DNA of 64,000 nt, from IMG/VR virus record IMGVR_UViG_3300045256_000282, positions 85,069 through 149,068 of that record. One strand, 5' to 3'. Shown here piece after piece: positions 29,793 to 37,779 of this stretch. A program made the position numbers and the translations under genes. Every line of letters begins with the position of its first letter. The first letter of the stretch is position 1. The notes beneath the pieces were generated by a model. The model saw nothing but the letters and a program-made list of their open reading frames with translations, did not search any database and was not told where the DNA came from. Source of the DNA: a virus.

Positions 29793-29804
29793 GCACAATC
29801 TTTA
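29792..29804 (+). promoter_or_regulatory. Putative late-promoter motif AGCACAATCTTTA
   Basis: Core at 29797-29804, 22 nt before ATG 29827; shares AGCACAATCTT with the 8200 copy. Confidence 0.65.
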
Positions 29805-29826
29805 GATGATAGGATAGAGATACACG

Positions 29827-32097
29827 ATGCCAAAACTATTACCATTTTCTCAGCTTGGACACCCAGACATCTCGTTTGTTAACTCAAGCTTGATCTCTGT
29901 CCCTAACACTCAGGTCGTTAACAGGGCTTCTGTCCGCAACCTTGCTGCGGACATGGGCGCTCGCATGGGCATCGAACGAGTCATTATCCAGCAATTGTTT
30001 GAGATACAAACAGAATCTGGTCCTAATGGCGAGAGGGTTCAAAAACCTTTAAACGATGATAAGGATCTTGTTCGTTTCGTAGGCAACTGGGCTAACTCGG
30101 TCGGATCTTCTGGGGTGTTTCCTTTCACATCTGTGAGCGGAGATTTTGCAGAGTTCACCTTCTTTGGTACTGGTTTGAACTTGCTTGTTCTTCTGGATGG
30201 AACTTCCAGGAGCTTTTCCTACACCGTTGATGGTGGATCTTTAACGGCATATTCCTATCCAGCTTCAGGAAGCAATACCCTTACTACCAGAAACTATTCG
30301 CCAAACCAGGTGGCTCCGATCGTATCCGGTCTATCCGCTGGGATTCACACCGTTCGAATCCAGTCTACAAGTTCAAATACTTTCGTCATCTACGGTTTTG
30401 AAGTTTTAAACGAAACATCTACGGTTAGAGTAAACTCAGGTACTATCGTTAAGGATCAGCGCCAGTTTTCTCTTGAGGCCGTACAAGCTTTGTCTGCTAA
30501 ACCCTCAACATTGACAGGATCTCGCGGCGGACGCGTTATCGTTTACAATCAGGGCGGAGTTATCGGTACGGCTGTCCAAGCGGTCAATGCTTCTCAGCAA
30601 AACGTAAACTCAGCAGATCACTCTAACGAAGAGATTGTTCGTGTTTATCAACCAAGAGAGTTTGGTGCAAACAGATCGGATGATTTCTCAACGATCACAA
30701 CCTCTGGTTCTGATAGGGCTTTTGTGTTAGATGACGGAACTACCGCCCTTGCCGGATCAAGCGTTTTATTAAGTACAGTCTCAGGACTTCCAGAGGGGAT
30801 AGCGCTGTCAGCGGTGAGCAATAGCATTCAGTTCACCTTCGTCGGAACTGGTTTGGACGTAGAGTATAGGGGTCTTAACGGAGCTGCTGCTACTAACCAT
30901 GTTTGGTCTATCGATGGCACAGATATTGGTTTTCCTCAAACAGATGTTTTGTCCAATACGAAAGTTATTCGAAGAAAAGTTGTATCAGGACTTCCTTACG
31001 GAACTCACGTTTTTAGATACACAGTAACTGGCGCTACCCCAGAAGGTCAAGTGTTCAGCAAGTTCATCGTTTATCAACCTAAGAAACCTGCGGTTCCTTC
31101 TGGAGCTATCGAGCTAGCCGATTATAACGTCATGGCAGATTTTTCTCCAGTAACCACAACCGGCGTATACACGGTGGGTACTGGTGTTCTTAAGAAATAT
31201 ATTCAAAACAGAGAGGGCACCCTTGTTGGGACCTGGAACGTAAGTAGCCCCATCGCTCCCGGAAACTACACCTCTGGCCAATGGGCTCAAGGAACAACTA
31301 ATGGTGGCTACATCGAGTACACCTTCTTCGGAACTGGTTTTGAGTGGCGTTTCTATACAGACCCCTCTTACACAAGCTCTGCAACACTTTCTATTGACGG
31401 GTTAACTGCAACAAGTACAAACTTTCCTGCAGCAACGTTCTCTGTGACCTCACCAGCTACCTACAACACAAGTACTGGGGTTTTAGCTGAAAACGTTACC
31501 AACGGATCAGGAAGAGCGCTTAGGGTTTCTGGCTTGACGTTAGCTAAACACACGGTACGTCTTACCAATAATACCACCTCGTCTTTAGATATCGCGTCTT
31601 TTGACGTTATAACGCCTATCCACGCCCCAAGATCAAACTTTCAGGCGGACTTACAAAACACGCTTCCTGTTGGAAGCTGTTCTTTGTCAGACTCAAGACA
31701 GTATTTGCCAGCAAACTTAAGCCCTCAAAAAGCTTGGGCACAGGCGGTTGGTGTTACTAGTAACCCTACGACCACCTCTACTACCCTTGTTGCTATGCCT
31801 GATATGTCCTTGACTATTAAAACTCAAGGAGGAAAATGCTTAATACATTATAGCTTGTCTTCCTCGTTAAGCGCTGGAAGTAATACTTATGGAGTGCAGC
31901 TTTTTGTGGACGGAGTTCCTGTGGGTACTCAAAAACAAATTATGCCATTTACAGCAGGGGCCGTTGTTAGTGTAAGCGACCAGTTTCTGGTAAATTTGAG
32001 TCCTGGTACTCATAAGGTCGACTTGTATTGGTACGCTTCTGCAGGTACTTTTACTGCTATTACAACACTTCGTAATTTGTCTGTAGAGGAATTATAA
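29827..32097 (+). CDS. Receptor-binding/tail fibre protein, paralogue 2 (756 aa)
   Basis: Same conserved anchors (ARMGI, REFGAxRSDDFS, FIVYQPKKP, FQADLQNTLPVGS) but a very short N-terminus. Confidence 0.7.
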   Translation: MPKLLPFSQLGHPDISFVNSSLISVPNTQVVNRASVRNLAADMGARMGIERVIIQQLFEIQTESGPNGERVQKPLNDDKDLVRFVGNWANSVGSSGVFPFTSVSGDFAEFTFFGTGLNLLVLLDGTSRSFSYTVDGGSLTAYSYPASGSNTLTTRNYSPNQVAPIVSGLSAGIHTVRIQSTSSNTFVIYGFEVLNETSTVRVNSGTIVKDQRQFSLEAVQALSAKPSTLTGSRGGRVIVYNQGGVIGTAVQAVNASQQNVNSADHSNEEIVRVYQPREFGANRSDDFSTITTSGSDRAFVLDDGTTALAGSSVLLSTVSGLPEGIALSAVSNSIQFTFVGTGLDVEYRGLNGAAATNHVWSIDGTDIGFPQTDVLSNTKVIRRKVVSGLPYGTHVFRYTVTGATPEGQVFSKFIVYQPKKPAVPSGAIELADYNVMADFSPVTTTGVYTVGTGVLKKYIQNREGTLVGTWNVSSPIAPGNYTSGQWAQGTTNGGYIEYTFFGTGFEWRFYTDPSYTSSATLSIDGLTATSTNFPAATFSVTSPATYNTSTGVLAENVTNGSGRALRVSGLTLAKHTVRLTNNTTSSLDIASFDVITPIHAPRSNFQADLQNTLPVGSCSLSDSRQYLPANLSPQKAWAQAVGVTSNPTTTSTTLVAMPDMSLTIKTQGGKCLIHYSLSSSLSAGSNTYGVQLFVDGVPVGTQKQIMPFTAGAVVSVSDQFLVNLSPGTHKVDLYWYASAGTFTAITTLRNLSVEEL

Positions 32098-32098
32098 C

Positions 32099-34777
32099 AT
32101 GGGCGCAACTATCGATATTAATAAGAAGTCTAACGTAAAGCAAAACACCGCAGGAGATCTGATCAACAGTCAGCTCAATCAGCCGGTCATTGCTAGGTAC
32201 GAAGCCACATCTTCTTTAGGACAAACGACCATCAACCTCCCGTTCTTGGTTGATCAGTCTAACACTGACGCTTTTGACCTTTTCGTAGACGGACGCCTTC
32301 TTCGTATCGGCGCTTCAAACGACTTTACCTTTTCTGCTATCGACGGAACCAACTCCTCTTCTACCATCTCTTTAGGTGCCCCTCTTTCGGCCAACCTCAA
32401 CATCATCGCTATTAAAAGAGGCTTGAAGAAAGAGCTTGAGTTTCAAACGGACTCTCGCTTTCAGCAAGGGTATGATCTATACGCCTCCACTTTCCAAGGA
32501 TTCGTAGATGAGTCTGCTAGGCTCACTGCTATCAGCGGAGCGCCTTCTTCATCTCAGTTCAGAACATTTGGTATCGTGAACAGGGCCTCTATTCCCGATA
32601 TCGCCAACGATCTTCGTGCTCGAATGGGTATCGATCGTATTCCTGTTCAACAGATTATTCAGCTTCAGACCGAGTTTGGACCTAACGGAGAACAAGTGTT
32701 TGGAGCCTTAAACGATGATAGGAACTTGATTCGTTTTGTAGGGAACTTCTCAAGCTCGGTTACTGGAAACGGTACCTTTATCCTCGGCGGAGCAAATACC
32801 ACCGATTACGTAGAAGTTGTTTTCTATGGAACTGGGCTAAATATCCTTCAAAACCTAGGTGGTTCCGGTTACGATCTTAGAGTCACAGTTGACGGCGGAT
32901 CTGAGGGCGGAAACGTTACCGCTGGCACATATTCTACCGTTCTTCAGGCTAGGAATTATAACACAAACCAACCCATCAACGTAGCCTCAAACCTTTCACT
33001 TGGTATTCATACTGTCCGAATCAGACAAGCTGCCTCAAGCTCTCTTTTCGTTTATGGTTTTGAGGTTTTAAACGAATCTGCTTCCGTTAATCTTCGTCCT
33101 GGAACAGCTTATCAGAACGGCAAGAAGCTTGTTCTAAGTAGTGCTTCTAACATTGCTCCAGCAAGCGGACCCTTTGATTCCGTACTTCAATCTGGCTCCA
33201 CGACATCTTTCTCTTCAACGAGAGGGGCTCGAGTTGTAGAATACATTAAATCTGACGGTACCAGAGGTAAGTCCGCATATCTTACTAATAGTACTCAGGG
33301 AAACCTTGCTTCTGCTGATCATACTTATGAAGAAGTGGTTCGTCGCTATAGTTTTCGAGAGTTTGGAGCTGGTCGTTCAGATGATTTCAGCAGTCTACCT
33401 GCTTCTGGCAACAATACTGCCGCCTTCACATTAGAAGACGGAACCACAACTTTAGTGGGCAGCGTAATAAATTCCTCAAATGATGCTATTAACTTTAACG
33501 GCGTTAACGCTTTTTTTACCCTAACTTTCGTGGGCACTGGCCTAGACATCATTTCCTTTATATCTGGGGGAAGTGAGAGTTTCACAACCTCTATCGACGG
33601 CAGTGCATCAGTTGGAACTACCACGGTCACCAATACCACGCCAATTACTAGAAAAATAGTATCCGGCTTGCCGTATGGTACGCACACCGTTAAAATAGCC
33701 GTTGTTGGTACGCCAGGAACCAACCTTAGGTTTACCAATTTCATTGTTTATCAACCTAAGAAACCATCGATCCCTGCAGGTGCAGTTGAACTAGCTGATT
33801 ACAACGTCATGGCTGATTTTAGTGCCAATGCGGTTGCGACGTACTTAAACGTTTCTACGGGAGTGCTTAGAAAGCAGGCAATCAGAGAAGCTGCTTACAT
33901 AGGGACTTTTTTACTTGGAGGGGTAGACCCAGCCGATTCTGCTGGTAATTATACCTACTCGTCAACTAACGGCGATAGCGTAAGGTACACATTTTTTGGT
34001 ACCGGGTTTGATTATAGGTTTTATGCGGCTACTGCCAATTATAACTTTACTATTGCGGTAGACGGATCTACAAACTTGTCTGGATTTACCACGGGCTCTA
34101 CGTTAGCGTCAGGAATGTCTTTTACGGCATCTACTGGAACGGTTTCTGGAACCCCAGCATCACCTACTTACGGAAACAGTGTCAGGGTTCAAGGATTGAC
34201 CTTGGGCTTACACACAGTGGTTGTTACTCGTGGAACTCAAGCTGCGACGTTCTTTCAGCAGGGCGCTATAGACATTATAACTCCAATTCACTCGCCTAAG
34301 TCTAGCTTTCAAGCAGATCTTCAGAACACTCTTCCTGTAGGGTCTCAAGGTCTTAGTGACTCGCGTCGCTTAAGTGCAGTTAAGTCTGAAGACCCTAAGA
34401 AGTTTAGGGCGGTCGCTGTTGGCATTTCCAACAGCACTAACACCTCAGGAACTTTTGTTCCTATGGCCGATATGTCCTTGACCGTAACGTCTCCTGGTGC
34501 ATGGTTTTCCGTTGACTTCGATACCGGATTATCAGGAAGTGGCGGCGGTACGGCTGGACAGATTGGTCTTTATGTTAACGGTCAACTTTACGGTGCTGCA
34601 AACCAACACCAGGTTGCTGTTGCAGGGTATCAAAGCGTTCTTTCTTTTAGTAGGAAGGTGTACCTAGCTAGAGGTACGCACAAATTAGACATATATTGGC
34701 AAGGAAGCGGCGGCACTTTAACCGTTTACGGTAACTCTGGCAATCTAGGAAGACAACTTAGCGTTGTGGAATTGTAA
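32099..34777 (+). CDS. Receptor-binding/tail fibre protein, paralogue 3 (892 aa)
   Basis: Same anchors; N-terminal LFVDG adaptor module. Confidence 0.7.
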   Translation: MGATIDINKKSNVKQNTAGDLINSQLNQPVIARYEATSSLGQTTINLPFLVDQSNTDAFDLFVDGRLLRIGASNDFTFSAIDGTNSSSTISLGAPLSANLNIIAIKRGLKKELEFQTDSRFQQGYDLYASTFQGFVDESARLTAISGAPSSSQFRTFGIVNRASIPDIANDLRARMGIDRIPVQQIIQLQTEFGPNGEQVFGALNDDRNLIRFVGNFSSSVTGNGTFILGGANTTDYVEVVFYGTGLNILQNLGGSGYDLRVTVDGGSEGGNVTAGTYSTVLQARNYNTNQPINVASNLSLGIHTVRIRQAASSSLFVYGFEVLNESASVNLRPGTAYQNGKKLVLSSASNIAPASGPFDSVLQSGSTTSFSSTRGARVVEYIKSDGTRGKSAYLTNSTQGNLASADHTYEEVVRRYSFREFGAGRSDDFSSLPASGNNTAAFTLEDGTTTLVGSVINSSNDAINFNGVNAFFTLTFVGTGLDIISFISGGSESFTTSIDGSASVGTTTVTNTTPITRKIVSGLPYGTHTVKIAVVGTPGTNLRFTNFIVYQPKKPSIPAGAVELADYNVMADFSANAVATYLNVSTGVLRKQAIREAAYIGTFLLGGVDPADSAGNYTYSSTNGDSVRYTFFGTGFDYRFYAATANYNFTIAVDGSTNLSGFTTGSTLASGMSFTASTGTVSGTPASPTYGNSVRVQGLTLGLHTVVVTRGTQAATFFQQGAIDIITPIHSPKSSFQADLQNTLPVGSQGLSDSRRLSAVKSEDPKKFRAVAVGISNSTNTSGTFVPMADMSLTVTSPGAWFSVDFDTGLSGSGGGTAGQIGLYVNGQLYGAANQHQVAVAGYQSVLSFSRKVYLARGTHKLDIYWQGSGGTLTVYGNSGNLGRQLSVVEL

Positions 34778-34789
34778 TAAGGAAGTATT

Positions 34790-35779
34790 ATGCCAAGAAC
34801 TCGTATAGATTCAAGCAAAAGAAACATGATCTACAACCCTGAGGGCTTGCTCTTCCAAAGAACGGCTCCAGAAACTCCTACGAACATCGCTAACGACAAC
34901 TTTGGTCCAGACCGCTGGAACGTCCTATGCTCAGCAAACAACGTAGCAATTTCTCGCTCCACCGATGCTCCTGCGGGTTCTAGACATTCCATGCAGCTAG
35001 CTAAGGCCACGGCAAGCGGATTTTTTGGCATTCATCAGATGTTTGAAGCCTCTGAAAGCATACCGCTTCAAAATCAATACGTAACCTTTTCTGTTTGGGT
35101 TAAAACGCAAAGCTCTCAGGTTTCTCAGGCCCGCATCTCTGTTTTAGGATGGACTGGTACCGCAGATTCGATCACCTCGTCGATAGTTTCTAGCTGGGCT
35201 TCAACTCCAACCTACATCGCAAACGTTACAGAATACGCTGCTCAAACCGTAAGCTTGACCTCTTCTTGGCAGCAAGTTCAAGTAACCGCGTTAGTAAACG
35301 GAGCATGCAACAACCTCATGGTTCTTGTTCACACGACAAATTCCCAGCTTTCTGGCGACACCATGTTTGTTAGTCAGGCTCAACTGATAAACTCATCCGA
35401 TTCCCAACCATACGTAAGGGTTGAAGACGAGGTTGAAGTATCTCGTTGTCAGCGCTACTACGAAAAAACCTATGACCTTGACACCGCTCCAGGTACAGCT
35501 ACAACTACGGGGTCTTTTCATTCGTCCATCAGCATCACCGCATCTGGACAACCTGTTGTTCTATGGTTCAAGTACTCGGTACAAAAAAGAGCTACGGCCT
35601 CAGGGACCCTTTACAATTCAACAACAGGTGCATCTGGAACATGGAACGACAACGGCGGAGCTACGATCGGTTTCGTCTTAGGTTTTGGAAGCCAATCCGG
35701 TGTCCGCATCTCAACTCCTAACGCTGTTACGAACGGTCGCGTCTTTTCTGGACACGTAGTAGCTGACGCGGAGTTGTAA
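34790..35779 (+). CDS. Tail protein with carbohydrate-binding-like jelly-roll domain
   Basis: 'RNMIYNP...FQR...PDRW', 'VTFSVWVK' and 'EVSRCQRYYEK' motifs common in phage fibre proteins. Confidence 0.6.
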   Translation: MPRTRIDSSKRNMIYNPEGLLFQRTAPETPTNIANDNFGPDRWNVLCSANNVAISRSTDAPAGSRHSMQLAKATASGFFGIHQMFEASESIPLQNQYVTFSVWVKTQSSQVSQARISVLGWTGTADSITSSIVSSWASTPTYIANVTEYAAQTVSLTSSWQQVQVTALVNGACNNLMVLVHTTNSQLSGDTMFVSQAQLINSSDSQPYVRVEDEVEVSRCQRYYEKTYDLDTAPGTATTTGSFHSSISITASGQPVVLWFKYSVQKRATASGTLYNSTTGASGTWNDNGGATIGFVLGFGSQSGVRISTPNAVTNGRVFSGHVVADAEL

Positions 35780-35780
35780 G

Positions 35781-35972
35781 ATGAAGATCTACGTTATAGA
35801 CAAAGATACAGGACAAAAAGTTCACGAGTACGAAGCAGATGCCCCCGAACAGCACAAGTTTGGCGGACGTTGGGGTGACTCAGCTCATTGCGATCACGTA
35901 CCTGCCTCTTCTGACGCGCCAAAGAAACCGGCTAAGAAGAAAGCTAAGAAGTCCGACTCTTCGTCCTCATGA
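35781..35972 (+). CDS. Hypothetical 63-aa protein
   Basis: Co-oriented, 1 nt after the upstream stop; Lys-rich tail. Confidence 0.55.
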   Translation: MKIYVIDKDTGQKVHEYEADAPEQHKFGGRWGDSAHCDHVPASSDAPKKPAKKKAKKSDSSSS

Positions 35973-36082
35973 AAAACGACCTTAAGATGTTAGCAGGGAC
36001 TCTGCTTATTCTTACTTTTATGTATACTGTAGGGTACGGCATCATGGAGCTAGTCAGAGCCGTATCAGATCTTGCAAGATGA
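35969..36082 (+). CDS. 37-aa single-TM microprotein (not in ORF track)
   Basis: MKNDLKMLAGTLLILTFMYTVGYGIMELVRAVSDLAR; ATGA overlaps with both neighbours. Confidence 0.65.
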   Translation: MKNDLKMLAGTLLILTFMYTVGYGIMELVRAVSDLAR

Positions 36083-36423
36083 GAATCATAAAACACATAA
36101 AAGATATAATTCAAAATAAGGCCCCAGCAGGAGCACTAAGATCTCCTAGGTGGCCCAAGGTTAGAGCTGAGCACTTATCAGCTAACCCTAAATGTGCAGT
36201 TTGCGAAAGTACGTCAGTTCTTGAAGTACATCACATACGACCCTTTCACCAAGACCCTTCGTTAGAACTTGATCCTAAGAACCTCATAACGCTATGTGAG
36301 TCCAAGTCTAAGGGCGTAACTTGCCACCAATTCTTTGGTCACCTAGGCGATTATAAGAACGAGAATCCTAACGTGGTCAAAGACGCCAAATCTTGGAATA
36401 AGAAGCTTAAGAAAACTACTTGA
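36079..36423 (+). CDS. HNH endonuclease
   Basis: CAVC...EVHHIRP...NLITLC...CH motif. Confidence 0.85.
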   Translation: MRIIKHIKDIIQNKAPAGALRSPRWPKVRAEHLSANPKCAVCESTSVLEVHHIRPFHQDPSLELDPKNLITLCESKSKGVTCHQFFGHLGDYKNENPNVVKDAKSWNKKLKKTT

Positions 36424-37411
36424 TCTTATCGTTTTTAAGGACGGTTTTCACCATAGCTCGAGTTGCAGCGTTGGTGTGAGCAAGGTTTATCCTGACGCTA
36501 TCTCGATCATCTCCGCACACCTGTCCTGGCGTGGTTACGACCATGGAGCGATCAAGTAACTCCTTTAGCTTAGAATCAACCTCAAACAAGGCAAACATGC
36601 CCTTGTCAGGTATCGTCTGGTCTCCGAAGATCTTTGAAAGCTTCTCAACCTCAGTTCTGTTGCTATCTATGACCAGCTTTGACTTATCCCAGAAGGCTTC
36701 CATATCGACGCTGGTGAGGATCTCTTTAGCCAACCACTGCGAAGGTAGGGAGATGCCGCAAGTGTCTAAGGTAGCCCATCTGGCAGCCCTGTCGTAGAGC
36801 CCCTGATCGTTAGTCGCAAGCCAACCGATCCTGATCCCGTTGATCCCGGTGAGTTTGCTCAAGCTTCCGGCCATAGCCTCATGCGGAGGGTATGGCGTGC
36901 AAAACTCCCTCGTACCTACGGTCCTAACTCCGTAAGTCGGAGAGTAGTATGCGGCATCCCAAACCCTTCTGCCGTCTGAAAAGCTAGAAGATACGACACC
37001 CTCAGGGTTACTAGGTGAATCTAGGATCTCAAGGTCATATGGAAAGTTCACCTTACTAGGGGTGTTAGAGGGAGAGTGAATTAGGCCGTGGTTCTGAGCG
37101 ATACCGGGGTAAAAGGGAAAGTAAAGCTTTCTAGTGCTTACTCGGACAGTCTTTTCTTCTTTTTGAGCTGCTACGTACGCATTCAGCGCGTGAGTACACC
37201 CTTGAGTGATCAGGATGTGCTCGTAGTTCTTACCAGTCAGTCTTCGTACGAGTGACCTAACTAAGATTACTAGTTCTTCTTCGCCTTCGTGCTTAGGATA
37301 CCCGAAAGAGTCGATTGGCATCGGCTTAAGAAGGAGAGAAGGTGCTGTTTGAATAAGGGCTTCTCTGACTCCGTACGTGTCTCCCCATCCAAACTGGTGC
37401 TTTTTTTGCAT
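36416..37411 (-). CDS. Fold-type-I PLP-dependent aminotransferase/lyase, alliinase/TAA1-like
   Basis: SPSNPEG, WDAAYY, SLSKLTG..GIRIGW (PLP lysine) and VRINL motifs; GGAGG RBS. Confidence 0.8.
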   Translation of the reverse strand: MQKKHQFGWGDTYGVREALIQTAPSLLLKPMPIDSFGYPKHEGEEELVILVRSLVRRLTGKNYEHILITQGCTHALNAYVAAQKEEKTVRVSTRKLYFPFYPGIAQNHGLIHSPSNTPSKVNFPYDLEILDSPSNPEGVVSSSFSDGRRVWDAAYYSPTYGVRTVGTREFCTPYPPHEAMAGSLSKLTGINGIRIGWLATNDQGLYDRAARWATLDTCGISLPSQWLAKEILTSVDMEAFWDKSKLVIDSNRTEVEKLSKIFGDQTIPDKGMFALFEVDSKLKELLDRSMVVTTPGQVCGDDRDSVRINLAHTNAATRAMVKTVLKNDKIK

Positions 37412-37779
37412 GCTTCCTCCTCTATCTTCTTTCTTTCTGCTCGTCTAACGTCTACGCTCTTAGCAAACCTTGCCGCGATCTGCTCAAGATCTTTTGCTTG
37501 GTTGGCTAAAATTATCTTATCATTATCGGAAGCGTCTGACTCCATGATCTTCTTGTACATACCAGTAATCCCGTGGGCAAGGTACGCGCAAAGAGCAAAC
37601 ATGTCTGTTCCGGGGTCTAGGTTGATCCTAGATTCAAGGGTTACCTCGTTCCTGATCCTAGCAGAAACTGATGGAGTCTTTTGACCGTAAGCATTTCGAT
37701 CTTGTCTGGATAGGCGATCTACCGCATCTGAGTAAGATTCTCCATCCAACAAGTTATAAAGCCTATGCTCGTTACTCAT
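37270..37779 (-). CDS. Hypothetical protein (3' end overlaps the PLP enzyme by 142 nt)
   Basis: ATGA-coupled to the upstream gene; helical. Confidence 0.6.
   Translation of the reverse strand: MSNEHRLYNLLDGESYSDAVDRLSRQDRNAYGQKTPSVSARIRNEVTLESRINLDPGTDMFALCAYLAHGITGMYKKIMESDASDNDKIILANQAKDLEQIAARFAKSVDVRRAERKKIEEEACKKSTSLDGETRTESEKPLFKQHLLSFLSRCQSTLSGILSTKAKKN

Noticed and set aside
25474-34777. Diversity-generating retroelement (TR/VR) behind the fibre repeats
   Set aside because: No reverse transcriptase in the window; the repeats are all in-frame coding and the differences checked are synonymous third-position changes, not adenine-specific.
1-36423. Bacterial eCIS, tailocin or T6SS locus
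   Set aside because: It is contiguous with a full phage-type replication module (gp32, UvsX/UvsY, primase, DnaE, RNR with intein) and shows phage-like gene packing.
36416-37411. PLP enzyme as CobD supplying B12 for NrdJ
   Set aside because: Attractive given the class II RNR, but the motifs (DAAYYxPxY, GISxxSQ) fit alliinase/TAA1 better and no other cobalamin genes are present. Not fully excluded without a search.
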